IMG/VR virus record: IMGVR_UViG_3300028070_000001
Span: 1-54,435 of that record
Length of the DNA: 54,435 nucleotides
Direction: 5' to 3' (one strand)
Source: a virus
Lineage: Duplodnaviria > Caudoviricetes
The notes below the pieces were generated by a model, which was not told where the DNA came from, did not search any database, and was given only the letters and a program-made list of their open reading frames with translations. This document shows, in pieces, positions 45,289 through 54,435 of the stretch. Position 1 is the first letter of the stretch. Each line of letters begins with the position of its first letter. A program made the translations under genes and the position numbers.

Positions 45289-46287
45289 TTAGTAATCTCC
45301 ACAATATCCGCTAATTTGCATTACTTCAGCGGATAAATTGGTTCCTGCTGGTACCTCTCCTGTAGATGTGTTAATCGAGGATACGACAGTCACAGTAGTT
45401 GCCGCCGCAATAGTTACCGCTCCAGTATTTGCTAGCGCACGACCATTCTGTATTCCTCCACCCAAGGTGACACTTGCTACTGCTAGGATGTTACCATTCA
45501 TTGTTGAAGTAGCAACGCTAGTAAAGGAACTTCCAGCTACAAACACTACGTTAGCTGCCGTAGCTCCATTAACTAATGATACTGTTTGTCCACTCGCTAA
45601 GTTAATGGTCGAGCCTGCAACGAATACAAACTGTGCATTCGGATTGCCCTGCGCGTCTAGAATAATACCCGTTGGCATTGTCAAACTAGAAGCGGCTACT
45701 GAAAAGTAATTTCCAGGAGTGTACGTCGCCGCTGTGCTGCCATTTCCACCCGTACTCAAATTCGATAGACCAGATAGGGTAGGAGTCAGTCCTTGATAGT
45801 ACGTAATTGCCGACGCTAATGCTGTCTGGGCGGCTTGAGCATCCGCATTATCAATGGCCGCAGGGGCTGAGAAGTTTGTTGCCGTTAATCCAGTAATGGT
45901 AGCGGTAGGATACGATCCAGCATTACCACCCGTAATTAACGTAGCTCCTGTATTCGTAATTCCTGAGTACGCCAACAACGCATAGTTCGCGGCACTTCCT
46001 AGTTTAGCTGTAACAGCGGACGAACCACCCGATGAAGAAGTGGATGATGCTGCCCACTTTAATTTCCACGTATTCCTTGGACCAACTCCCGAAGGAATAG
46101 GTGTAGCTAAATAGTTTCCGCTCATACTGTAGACAGGACCAAAAACATCGTCAATGTGAATCCCATACAAAGGAAGGATTACAGGATCACCCCCGGCAAC
46201 ATAGGACGCAGGGCCGTTTACATATTCAGTCCACGCCTGCCGTCTTCCAATCAAGTCCGGGTAGCCCTTCAACAGTGTAGGTTGCAT
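45289..46287 (-). CDS. Virion protein with DUF3494 (ice-binding protein-like) domain
   Basis: LGSAANYALLAYSGITNTGAT...TPGNY...LDAQGNPNAQFVF...NGATAANVVF...GNILA...GRALA. Confidence 0.8.
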   Translation of the reverse strand: MQPTLLKGYPDLIGRRQAWTEYVNGPASYVAGGDPVILPLYGIHIDDVFGPVYSMSGNYLATPIPSGVGPRNTWKLKWAASSTSSSGGSSAVTAKLGSAANYALLAYSGITNTGATLITGGNAGSYPTATITGLTATNFSAPAAIDNADAQAAQTALASAITYYQGLTPTLSGLSNLSTGGNGSTAATYTPGNYFSVAASSLTMPTGIILDAQGNPNAQFVFVAGSTINLASGQTVSLVNGATAANVVFVAGSSFTSVATSTMNGNILAVASVTLGGGIQNGRALANTGAVTIAAATTVTVVSSINTSTGEVPAGTNLSAEVMQISGYCGDY

Positions 46288-46348
46288 CGTTTCTCCTTAT
46301 TGCAAGAGAGCACGGGGCGGATATTGCACCGCCCCCCATTACTAATCG

Positions 46349-47176
46349 TTAGTCTTGAACCGTTGGAGCGTACTGCAACAGCACCTTAAACAATGTAGAG
46401 TTTGCTCCCGGAGCATCGAGAGCCCCGCCCAAAGTCAACGTGGTAATATTTCCATCTGCGACCGTGGTAACCGTTCCATTTGAACTAACTGCCGGTCCAA
46501 CAACAAGGCATGGAAGAGTAGTTGTCCCTACTAAGGCCGCTCCAAGAACAGTTGCAATGCCAAGCTCTTGAACAAATCCGTAATTACCAGGAGTGATCGA
46601 ATTTAAGAACACCACCGGGCGAACAGGATTGGTCGCAATATCGGCACTCGTAACCACGTTCACCGAAGCATCCATCTGTGCAGCAACCGTTCCAGGCGTT
46701 CCCCCGGTTGCAAGAGTGAATGTCGGAACTGAAGTGTATCCAGAACCACCACTAACCACAGAGGCGGTAATAGCCGTAGCGCTAGATACAACAACCTGAA
46801 CTACGGCTCCTGTTCCACCTCCACCCGTCGATCCTACTAGATAGGTTCCGGGTGTCTGTCCAGTTCCCTGCGAGGTAACAACAACAGTCTTAACTGTTGA
46901 ACCCACGCGCATGTACCCGACAGTTCCCGTCTTCACGTTCGCAGCGGTAGCTCCAGAGTCAACCTGCACAAAACGATAACGTCCAGCATACAGAATCCCG
47001 TTAGTCGTGTAGGATGCAAGCCTGGCTTGATCGTTTGTGTAGTCGCTGTAGTCTCCTACATTCAGACCGCCACCGTACTCCGTCTGGCCTGTTGCGGCGT
47101 CAGTCATCCCGCTAGGAGACGTAAAGTTGGCATTGTTCAACGCAAGCCATGTTGGTAGTGCATTTACAAAAGGCAT
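46349..47176 (-). CDS. Capsid decoration/cement protein
   Basis: Directly downstream of the MCP; YRFVQV...GNYGFVQ pattern. Confidence 0.6.
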   Translation of the reverse strand: MPFVNALPTWLALNNANFTSPSGMTDAATGQTEYGGGLNVGDYSDYTNDQARLASYTTNGILYAGRYRFVQVDSGATAANVKTGTVGYMRVGSTVKTVVVTSQGTGQTPGTYLVGSTGGGGTGAVVQVVVSSATAITASVVSGGSGYTSVPTFTLATGGTPGTVAAQMDASVNVVTSADIATNPVRPVVFLNSITPGNYGFVQELGIATVLGAALVGTTTLPCLVVGPAVSSNGTVTTVADGNITTLTLGGALDAPGANSTLFKVLLQYAPTVQD

Positions 47177-47229
47177 TGTAGATTCTCCTTAACTTCAACT
47201 GCTACAAAATCGTTGACTTAATACTCCGC

Positions 47230-48504
47230 TTAGGCGCTAAAACCAAACGCGTAGTTCGAGTGCCGTGGCTGGCAGTTGTACAAGTTAGTAGCCAAGCGCA
47301 TAAAGATAGCGTCGATGCTAACATTGTAAGGCAACTGAGTCCTGCGAATGCCAAAGTTCCATCCAGGCTTGTCCGTGGTACGCAGCTTGAAGCTATCAGG
47401 CTCTAGGAAGTAAAGAGCTTCCGAAGGCTGAATCAAAGCATTCGACGGCAAACCAGAGTTGGTAGGCGAGAAGTTGATTGAACCACCCGCTGCATTCGTG
47501 AACTGAGGTGTCTGGTACTGAATCGTGGTCGTGTTCGATCCAACACCGTCAACCAAGTTCGTGTTGCCTGCCGCACCAGCATTCTGTCCAAGAGCAATGA
47601 AGTTCTGTGCCTGTGCAGATGGAGCCAGAGGATCGGCAAAAATATCAACTCCGTTGAACGACAGCGCATCCCAACGAATATCATGCTTGATATTCGATAC
47701 ATCCCTGCGATATGTGTCCAAAGCAGTCGCAATTGCAGCAAATCCAAAAGCGCCTGTGATTCCGAGCGTAGGCTGACCACCTGTTTCCTTGCAACGGGTC
47801 CAGAGGTTCATCAACGCACCAAAATCAATCTGTCCTGGGTTGCTGGTTACAGGAGCAGCGGTCGTTCCACCAGTTACCTGCTGGCCTAGATACAGAGGAG
47901 TGACGTTCAAGGCAACGCCGATATTGCCGTTCCTCTGTAGTGCGCCGTAGGAGGTATAGCGGTTGCCATACAGAGATGTATCAGTACCGTTATTCAAGGC
48001 TTCATCCAAACCATTCGATGCCAGAATACGGTTGTCAGTGATCGTGCTGGACGATGCCTGTCCATGCCTGAAAGAGTCCATTTCCAGCATGGTATTGATC
48101 TGCATCGTAAGCCCTTCGAGGAAGAGCGTGTAGGTGTCGCAGATTTTCGCTGGACCGGAGTTAATCACTCCACCCTGACCAGAGCCATCGTCCATTTCCC
48201 AGTCATCCATAGGGAAATATGAAACGTAGCCCTTCGGCCAGAACTTCAGCTTAGTATTGATCTGCTGACGAGTTACTGTAATATCCTGACCTGGCCTTAC
48301 GGCGAGACCCTGTGGACGAGCATATAGAATGCCCTCAGTCATGCCAGCGCCGCCAAGATAGGGGTCAGCTACACCAGCAACACGTAACTTCTCAAGAAAT
48401 GGGGTACCCACAAAGAAGTTATTAAATACCGTTTCACGTCTTACGGACTCTAGGTTTGAACTATCGATTTCTCCGTAGGTCGGGTCTTGTGGTGTAAATG
48501 GCAT
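47230..48504 (-). CDS. Major capsid protein (HK97 fold)
   Basis: 424 aa; VFNNFFVGTPFL...NGLDEAL...ALSFNGVDIFAD...CQPRH; position after the scaffold. Confidence 0.75.
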   Translation of the reverse strand: MPFTPQDPTYGEIDSSNLESVRRETVFNNFFVGTPFLEKLRVAGVADPYLGGAGMTEGILYARPQGLAVRPGQDITVTRQQINTKLKFWPKGYVSYFPMDDWEMDDGSGQGGVINSGPAKICDTYTLFLEGLTMQINTMLEMDSFRHGQASSSTITDNRILASNGLDEALNNGTDTSLYGNRYTSYGALQRNGNIGVALNVTPLYLGQQVTGGTTAAPVTSNPGQIDFGALMNLWTRCKETGGQPTLGITGAFGFAAIATALDTYRRDVSNIKHDIRWDALSFNGVDIFADPLAPSAQAQNFIALGQNAGAAGNTNLVDGVGSNTTTIQYQTPQFTNAAGGSINFSPTNSGLPSNALIQPSEALYFLEPDSFKLRTTDKPGWNFGIRRTQLPYNVSIDAIFMRLATNLYNCQPRHSNYAFGFSA

Positions 48505-48520
48505 GTTATTATCCTTTCAG

Positions 48521-49168
48521 TTAGGCAATAGCTACTAACTTATTAGCTTCGGCCTGTGACTGCTCCTTTTGATTTTTCCTGCGTTGTTGACGGACAAGAC
48601 GTTTGTGGTCCTTAAATTCTGGCTCTTGCCCTTTGGTTGAACGCCATTCTTTTTCTCTTTGGCGCTTGTGCTCTAAAGCCTTTTGTCGTTGCTGTGCGTC
48701 GTATTCGTAAATCCTATTCCATAAGCTCTCATACACCTGCGATGGACCAAGATTTACATCAAACCCTATTAAATCATCAACCAACAAAAGAAACTCTCCT
48801 GCTGGAGTAGTTTCTACTTGTAATTTCCTGCGTGCAGTTAAAAATGGATAGATCAACGCAATAAAAGATCTTGCTCTATCCCCGCAAATTTTCCAATGAT
48901 GAATTGGGCAAATATTTCCGTTAAAAGTTCTGTTGTAGAGGCTTATTCTTCCGCCGAACAAATCCCGCAATCGATAAAGCAACTCTGGGTCTTTTTGTGG
49001 AACACAGACCGCAAAAGAGGTACTAGTTTTGGTATTTCTTGTTGTTACGCAGCTTCCTTCGCCTTCGTATATACCAGCCGCCCAAGCAACTTCGATAGCG
49101 GTTGGACGCCTTACAGCATCCAACCCCTCACGGTCTTTCTTGACGATTTTGTAGTCGCGTTCCATCAT
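48521..49168 (-). CDS. Free-standing LAGLIDADG homing endonuclease
   Basis: AWAAGIYEGEGS motif; QKDPELLYRLRDLFGG; LIYPFLTARRK. Confidence 0.8.
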   Translation of the reverse strand: MMERDYKIVKKDREGLDAVRRPTAIEVAWAAGIYEGEGSCVTTRNTKTSTSFAVCVPQKDPELLYRLRDLFGGRISLYNRTFNGNICPIHHWKICGDRARSFIALIYPFLTARRKLQVETTPAGEFLLLVDDLIGFDVNLGPSQVYESLWNRIYEYDAQQRQKALEHKRQREKEWRSTKGQEPEFKDHKRLVRQQRRKNQKEQSQAEANKLVAIA

Positions 49169-49208
49169 TTGTTTCCTCCTAAGTCATGTTATACTAGCAA
49201 CTTAGGTT

Positions 49209-50243
49209 TTACGCTACTGCTTGTTCCCGTTCTGCAAGATCGTTATGGATTGCTGTTCTCGTTGCTTGTCTGCGTGCGGAATCCGTCATCTTCAACGGAT
49301 CAGGACGATCTCCCGCCTTAACTGCACGGGCAATCTCTGGCATCTTGGATGATACGGCTACCCTAACTTCAGGGTTGTTTCCGGTCATTCCCTCTGCCAA
49401 CTTCTTACGACTTGCTTCAGCTTCAGAACGAACCTTATCTAGTTCTGCCTTCCACTTGGTTTCCTGTTCGGTGCGTTCTGCTGCACGAATCTGTTCGTCA
49501 TGCTCTCTCTTCGCCGCTTCCGCCATCTCCTGCTTCTTCGCCGTAAAGTTAAACGTCCGTTCCGCATAAGCGGCAGGACTCAACTTCAACGCGTCTGCTT
49601 GTGCAATCAATTGGCTTGGGGCGATAGGAAGGGGCTTACCGAAAAGAACTTGATGTTCGTACATGATGTCGTTAATTGCGTTGTACGCGTCCCCAACTTT
49701 ACTAACCATCGTGTTAGGGTCGAAAACTGGACTTCCGTTTGTACCTGCCACAAATCGTCCTTGCCCGTCTCGATTTCCCGTGTTATTCACTGGCGGTGTG
49801 TTAGGAACTACAAAAGCAGGAGCATCGGTAGGTAGGAATCCGGCATCCTTCAATCCCTTTACCTGAGTCTCATAAAATGTAGCCTTCGACTCAGCGTTAA
49901 TCCTTGCCGCTTCCAACTGTTTCCTCTCCTCATCAAATCCAAGGAGTCCAGGCATAACCTTTGTTTCATAAAACTCTGTAGTGGAACGCTTTTCAAGTTC
50001 CGCCGCATCCCTTGCTTGCTGTGCTTCAATTCGTACTTGTTCAGCCTGCTTTGCTGATTCTTCTGCGGCCTTACGGTCTGCTTCCGCCCTTGCTGCTGCT
50101 GCTACGGCTTCCTTTTCCTTCTGTTCGGCGGCAGATGTAATCCCTGTCCACACATTCGCCAGACGAGGATCGAGAGCGTCAATTTGCTCCTGCGTGAAAC
50201 CCGTCTGTTTCAACAAATCGATTTGTACTGTGCTTAATGCCAT
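49209..50243 (-). CDS. Capsid scaffolding protein
   Basis: Ala/Glu/Lys coiled coils; between portal and MCP. Confidence 0.65.
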   Translation of the reverse strand: MALSTVQIDLLKQTGFTQEQIDALDPRLANVWTGITSAAEQKEKEAVAAAARAEADRKAAEESAKQAEQVRIEAQQARDAAELEKRSTTEFYETKVMPGLLGFDEERKQLEAARINAESKATFYETQVKGLKDAGFLPTDAPAFVVPNTPPVNNTGNRDGQGRFVAGTNGSPVFDPNTMVSKVGDAYNAINDIMYEHQVLFGKPLPIAPSQLIAQADALKLSPAAYAERTFNFTAKKQEMAEAAKREHDEQIRAAERTEQETKWKAELDKVRSEAEASRKKLAEGMTGNNPEVRVAVSSKMPEIARAVKAGDRPDPLKMTDSARRQATRTAIHNDLAEREQAVA

Positions 50244-50270
50244 AATGTCATCTTCTCCCGGAAGTTGTTA

Positions 50271-50561
50271 TTAATACATCGGTTGTTGTGATTGGGGCGT
50301 TGGTTGCTGAGGTGTGATTAGTGCTGATTGCATTTCTTGACAACCTTGCGCTACCTTGTTTGCTCCTGCTGCCAAACGAGGATCGGCCTGCGCCATCTGC
50401 TTCGCCGCCTGATACCACTTGGCCAGAAGCTGTTGCAAACCTGTAGCTGTATCCTGTCCACTCTGTTGAGGTGGCTGGGAACCAGCATCCGGTGCTCCAC
50501 CCTGCGGTGGTGCTCCCTGACCCTGTTGATCCTGCGGCATTGGTGTACCTGCTGTAGCCAT
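50271..50561 (-). CDS. Gln/Pro-rich small head protein
   Basis: ORF; synteny. Confidence 0.6.
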   Translation of the reverse strand: MATAGTPMPQDQQGQGAPPQGGAPDAGSQPPQQSGQDTATGLQQLLAKWYQAAKQMAQADPRLAAGANKVAQGCQEMQSALITPQQPTPQSQQPMY

Positions 50562-50576
50562 TGCGTCTCCATTACT

Positions 50577-50613
50577 TGTTTCCCCACCGGCAGTCTAGCC
50601 ACTGGTGGGGAAA
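50577..50613. terminator. Intergenic hairpin
   Basis: GTTTCCCCACC...GGTGGGGAAAC. Confidence 0.5.
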
Positions 50614-50621
50614 CGGTTCGA

Positions 50622-50735
50622 TTACGCCTTAACTACGGTCTTCCTAGCTGCGCCCTTACGGCTACGCTTGTGAGAAGCCTTCCGAAGGTGCTTAACGCCA
50701 ACTGCACTGATTTTCTTTGCGTAACGCTTTGCCAT
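50622..50735 (-). CDS. Very basic 37-aa peptide MAKRYAKK...RKTVVKA
   Basis: Translated by hand; RBS AAGGAG; paralogous start to the next gene. Confidence 0.7.
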   Translation of the reverse strand: MAKRYAKKISAVGVKHLRKASHKRSRKGAARKTVVKA

Positions 50736-50770
50736 GATGTGTTTCTCCTTTATATGCTGATAGCTAACGA

Positions 50771-50893
50771 TTAGCCCTTGATAGCCAGCTTGTGAGCGGT
50801 GCGCTTTGCGCGACCCTTAACGCCGCGAGCTTTCTTCGCAGCTACCTTCTTGATGAGACCTGCTTCAACCTTCTTCGAATGACGCTTTGCCAT
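50771..50893 (-). CDS. Very basic 40-aa peptide MAKRHSKK...HKLAIKG
   Basis: RBS AAGGAG before the ATG at 50893. Confidence 0.7.
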   Translation of the reverse strand: MAKRHSKKVEAGLIKKVAAKKARGVKGRAKRTAHKLAIKG

Positions 50894-51114
50894 GATGTTC
50901 TCCTTTGGTTTGACTTCGTTTGGAGTAAACGAAAAATGGCGGCTAGGCCATATTCGCCTAGTCGCCAGTTGTCCCAAAGGGGCCGCGCACTATATTTTGA
51001 CGCCGCTTATTCTTTTGCGTCTTTACAAGAGATAGTACAAATCAAGACGCTTGTCAAGCAAAATCTTCAAAATAGTTGAAAATAATTTACTACTGCGCCT
51101 ACGGAAGTGGTAAA

Positions 51115-51348
51115 CTACAAGATCACATCTTTTACATTTAATAACTCCCGTACTTTGTTAGATTGTCCCTCTGTCAATTTTGTCTTTTGTTCTACGTTGA
51201 TTCCTTGAATGTGTCCATCGTTATATAACACAATTGTTTTTCCGCTAGTTCTGATTGCCTTCAGGACATCATCTATCTCCGAAACACTTCCTTCAACGGA
51301 AAGTTCAGTTAAAAGGTAGTCTCTTTGAGCCTTGATCTTGATCGCCAT
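51115..51348 (-). CDS. Hypothetical protein
   Basis: RBS AAGGAG. Confidence 0.7.
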   Translation of the reverse strand: MAIKIKAQRDYLLTELSVEGSVSEIDDVLKAIRTSGKTIVLYNDGHIQGINVEQKTKLTEGQSNKVRELLNVKDVIL

Positions 51349-51379
51349 TCGGTCTCCTTAATGTTTATTCTTTTAGTTC

Positions 51380-53530
51380 CTACGACTGTTTGATTACCGG
51401 CCTTGGTTCTCCACCCGATCCGCCTTTTTGTGCCAACCGTGCAGGCTTTGGATTCTTTCCTTCTCCTCCCGGCCTACCTCCAGGATGCGCTCCACTCTTC
51501 TGTCCTGGCCCCTTACCGTCTTGAGGAGGCTGCATTCCTAGCTTCTTCATTTCTTCCTGCGCAAGTGCTGCCGCGATAATCTTCATCTTCGTCAACTGTA
51601 CTTGCTCCTTGAAATACTTCTGCATCTCGCCTTCGGGGTCGGGTATATCCAACTTCTTAAATACAGTTCCCCAGCTTATTGGGCAATCTGGCGTTCTCTT
51701 CAGCGTCAGAAACTTCAATTGTTCGGCTTGCTGCGTCAGCTTCAGCAGAGTACCTGCCACAGGAAGAAGCCTAATCTGCTTCGCAAACCACCGCGCCCTT
51801 GTCAGCTTGTCATATACCGATGAAGCATTTGGAAAATTCCCATTTATCATTTCATCTGGCATGTGGCTAGGAACAAGATCGTTCGGATTGTAGTCAAATA
51901 CCTCTGGCGCAACACTGTCAGGGCCAACATAGGACATAATCCTTTCAGTGGTAAAGTATTGCAAAATCAAGAACTTAACCCTGTTTCCTACAGCCTTATT
52001 GGCCTTCTCGACTCTTGCTGCAATTCCTTTGGCGATAGGACCGATAGACTCAATCGCTTTATCCATCGCGTCTGCGCTGGCAACATTCAACTTCAAGTTT
52101 GCCATGTTGCCAAGGTCTTGCAATCCTAATTGCTTCTCTCTCTTCTTTCCGAGATATTCTAAGAACTTGAAATTCGTTTCCGATACATTTACTTCATCTG
52201 GAAGAACAGATTGGAAGGTCTCCTTTGGCTTTCCACCAAACAGTCCTAGCCTTACGTCCTCATCAAACAGGTCCATGTGCTCAATCTTTTGTCCACCGTT
52301 TTCATCGGCGTTGTAGCCCATGGGAGGATTCAATCTGACGGTTATGACGGAATCCATTTTCCTTTCGTGCTTACGAACCGTGGTTTCGATTGTTGCCACG
52401 TCTCCTACCAGAGACCGTCCCATCGGCTCCCACGCCCAATCATCAACCGTATATTGAATGATTGGCATTTTGCTGTCCCAATCGAACGCAGGACCGTCAT
52501 ACATCGGTTCGTCTAGTCCACTAGATGTGATGATTAGGCGAAGGTTAGGATATATTCTACAGTCTTCGGGCATCGCTGTACGATATGCGGGTTTTCCATT
52601 TTCTACCCCACCTAATATCTGTTGTCCTACTGATGGAACCTTATAGAACCATGATGTTCCAGGATCGCCCATAGGAAGCTCTAATGGATTGTCGTGTTCA
52701 TCCCTATAGGTGTTTATCCTCAAATCCCTAATGAATGTATAACGTATTTCCGTGTATAGGTTCCCAAAGTTCCTACCCTCATCACCATAACGATACCGCT
52801 CTGCAAAGTCCTGACGCCTTGCCTGAACTTGGTTTGCGTAGTTCCTACGCCCTACCGTCTGTAGCTTCTTCTGGAACAGAGGGAATCTTCCATGCGCTTC
52901 CGCTATAGGCATGTAGTCGTAAATTGTTACTGCATAGGCCTCCTGCACGTCGTTCGACTTCGGAATCTGGACTGGTACTACATCCAAAAGTCCCAAAGCG
53001 TCGAAGCGCATCTTCCTCTCGCCGTATCCATATTCGTCTGAACTGACTTTAGGCCACAGGTATCCGATACCCATGACCGCTGCGTATTGCAGAACTTTTA
53101 GGATTTGGAAGGGAAAATCAGACTCAAAATAAACGCACTTTGAGACCTTTGTAAGCATCTCAGCTATTTTCTTGTATGCGGGGGAATCACTGGCGTATCC
53201 GGCAATTTCTCGAACTTCAGAAAGGGTCTCGCAAAACTTTCGTATATCGTACTTTAATTCGTTCGTTATCAACGAACTACGGGACTTGTCCCTAAACGCC
53301 GCATCAAATACGCGAAGGTTTTTTCCTAGTTCCTGATAGCATTTCTGGGCAGAAAGAAATCCTTCACCCTCAGAAATCATTTCCTCAACCCACGCTATGC
53401 GTTCGGAAGCAGGCGCAGAGAAAGGAGGGACTTGCCAACGCACCGTATCGCTATCTACTTTATTCGTTCCACCGCTTACGTCAATGTATCCCAACGGAAT
53501 TCCGTTCTTCTCGGTACACCAGCCTCCCAA
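51380..53530 (-). CDS. Portal protein
   Basis: 716 aa; LQYAAVMGIGY...PIIQY...GRSLVGDV...PP pattern; Gln/Pro/Gly C-terminal tail; upstream of scaffold and MCP. Confidence 0.7.
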   Translation of the reverse strand: MGGWCTEKNGIPLGYIDVSGGTNKVDSDTVRWQVPPFSAPASERIAWVEEMISEGEGFLSAQKCYQELGKNLRVFDAAFRDKSRSSLITNELKYDIRKFCETLSEVREIAGYASDSPAYKKIAEMLTKVSKCVYFESDFPFQILKVLQYAAVMGIGYLWPKVSSDEYGYGERKMRFDALGLLDVVPVQIPKSNDVQEAYAVTIYDYMPIAEAHGRFPLFQKKLQTVGRRNYANQVQARRQDFAERYRYGDEGRNFGNLYTEIRYTFIRDLRINTYRDEHDNPLELPMGDPGTSWFYKVPSVGQQILGGVENGKPAYRTAMPEDCRIYPNLRLIITSSGLDEPMYDGPAFDWDSKMPIIQYTVDDWAWEPMGRSLVGDVATIETTVRKHERKMDSVITVRLNPPMGYNADENGGQKIEHMDLFDEDVRLGLFGGKPKETFQSVLPDEVNVSETNFKFLEYLGKKREKQLGLQDLGNMANLKLNVASADAMDKAIESIGPIAKGIAARVEKANKAVGNRVKFLILQYFTTERIMSYVGPDSVAPEVFDYNPNDLVPSHMPDEMINGNFPNASSVYDKLTRARWFAKQIRLLPVAGTLLKLTQQAEQLKFLTLKRTPDCPISWGTVFKKLDIPDPEGEMQKYFKEQVQLTKMKIIAAALAQEEMKKLGMQPPQDGKGPGQKSGAHPGGRPGGEGKNPKPARLAQKGGSGGEPRPVIKQS

Positions 53531-53595
53531 CTGGCGCTTGCTGCTATATTCATCCCTCAGAACAGCCTACAACATATTCTCCTGCGCGTCTACAA

Positions 53596-53958
53596 CTATT
53601 TTATTTTTCCCATCCTCGCCGAGATAGCCTCTTCCCTCGTTGCAAACACTCGGCAACCGGGGTAGCAGTCCCAATACAAATATCCGTCCAACGTATATCC
53701 CTCTCCGTTCGGGTAAAACGGTTGACGATCATGATGATAATGACGCTCCCGTACTCTTGCTTTAACAATAGCGAAACCGCCACTTCCTCGATGGTTCTTG
53801 TAGTGACCCGCATCTCGAACCCAAACATATTGTCCGCGCTTGAAACGAAATACTCCCCTATAGTAGCGCTCCCGTTTGGGTTTACCGTTTTTCCCAAGCA
53901 CTACCCAACTTCTACCTTCTAATTCGATGGTCATTTCGATCCATCCTTCTTGCCACAT
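53596..53958 (-). CDS. Hypothetical protein
   Basis: ORF track. Confidence 0.55.
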   Translation of the reverse strand: MWQEGWIEMTIELEGRSWVVLGKNGKPKRERYYRGVFRFKRGQYVWVRDAGHYKNHRGSGGFAIVKARVRERHYHHDRQPFYPNGEGYTLDGYLYWDCYPGCRVFATREEAISARMGKIK

Positions 53959-54064
53959 TCATGCTTGCCATAAACACAGAAAAACTTCCCCGATTCTACA
54001 AGCCTCCTAATCGTTTCCATATTCCCCGCCTTCATAGCGAGTACATAACACCCCTTACACAGCT

Positions 54065-54433
54065 TCATTTCGCGCCATCCTTCTTGCCGCGACGGTATGC
54101 TTCGAGAATTGCTTTCTCCGTTTGTTGATAACGAGAACAGAATTCAGAAATAGTATCTTCTCCAATCATTTCCGGCTCAGGCACAAGGTACATCCGGCGT
54201 TCCCATTCTCCACAAAGAATGATCGCCCTATTCCACTCTGCAAAGGATTCCCACTTGTTGCTAGGGTTAGCATCTCCACAATCCTTGACCATCTCTCCGA
54301 ACTGTTTATCTGTTGGACCTTTTGCTTCCTCCGACTGCCAGCGAATAGCCGCTTCGAGTATATGCCTCACCAACGTACTAGGAATGTCAGAATTAAGTCC
54401 GTTTTTCCATGCCTCTCTTCCCGCTTCTAGCAT
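54065..54433 (-). CDS. Hypothetical protein (probably 5'-truncated at the window edge)
   Basis: ORF runs to the window end. Confidence 0.55.
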   Translation of the reverse strand: MLEAGREAWKNGLNSDIPSTLVRHILEAAIRWQSEEAKGPTDKQFGEMVKDCGDANPSNKWESFAEWNRAIILCGEWERRMYLVPEPEMIGEDTISEFCSRYQQTEKAILEAYRRGKKDGAK

Positions 54434-54435
54434 CC

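Noticed and set aside
1-54435. Window is a complete circular genome
   Set aside because: The end ORFs do not join in frame, and no terminase large subunit or replication genes were recognised

Overview
This is a 54 kb segment of a tailed dsDNA bacteriophage genome, probably podovirus-like: no tail tube or tape-measure gene was recognised, and large putative ejection proteins are present. Positions 1-4130 form a minus-strand tRNA/ncRNA region with 14 tRNA genes, several tRNA-like or multi-stem RNAs, and two short leader peptides coupled to terminator/antiterminator hairpins. Positions 4130-15220 hold small early/accessory genes, including two paralogous HTH switches, duplicated segments and two PD-(D/E)XK-type nucleases. 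Positions 15165-53530 are a minus-strand late region: portal, scaffold, LAGLIDADG endonuclease, major capsid, decoration proteins (one with a DUF3494 ice-binding domain), adaptor and tail proteins, lysis genes with an inserted tnpB, and ejection proteins. Three things stand out. (1) An inserted operon of Zn-ribbon gene, RAMP/Cas7-like gene, accessory gene and a GCAGGT-delimited array with 5-nt GG periodicity, a candidate non-CRISPR RNA-guided system. (2) Codon-sensing leader-peptide attenuators upstream of the tRNA operons. (3) A 181-bp non-autonomous IS200/IS605 element carrying an omega-RNA-like scaffold, about 10 kb from a tnpB that lacks one. All protein calls rest on motif recognition and synteny by eye; no searches were run.
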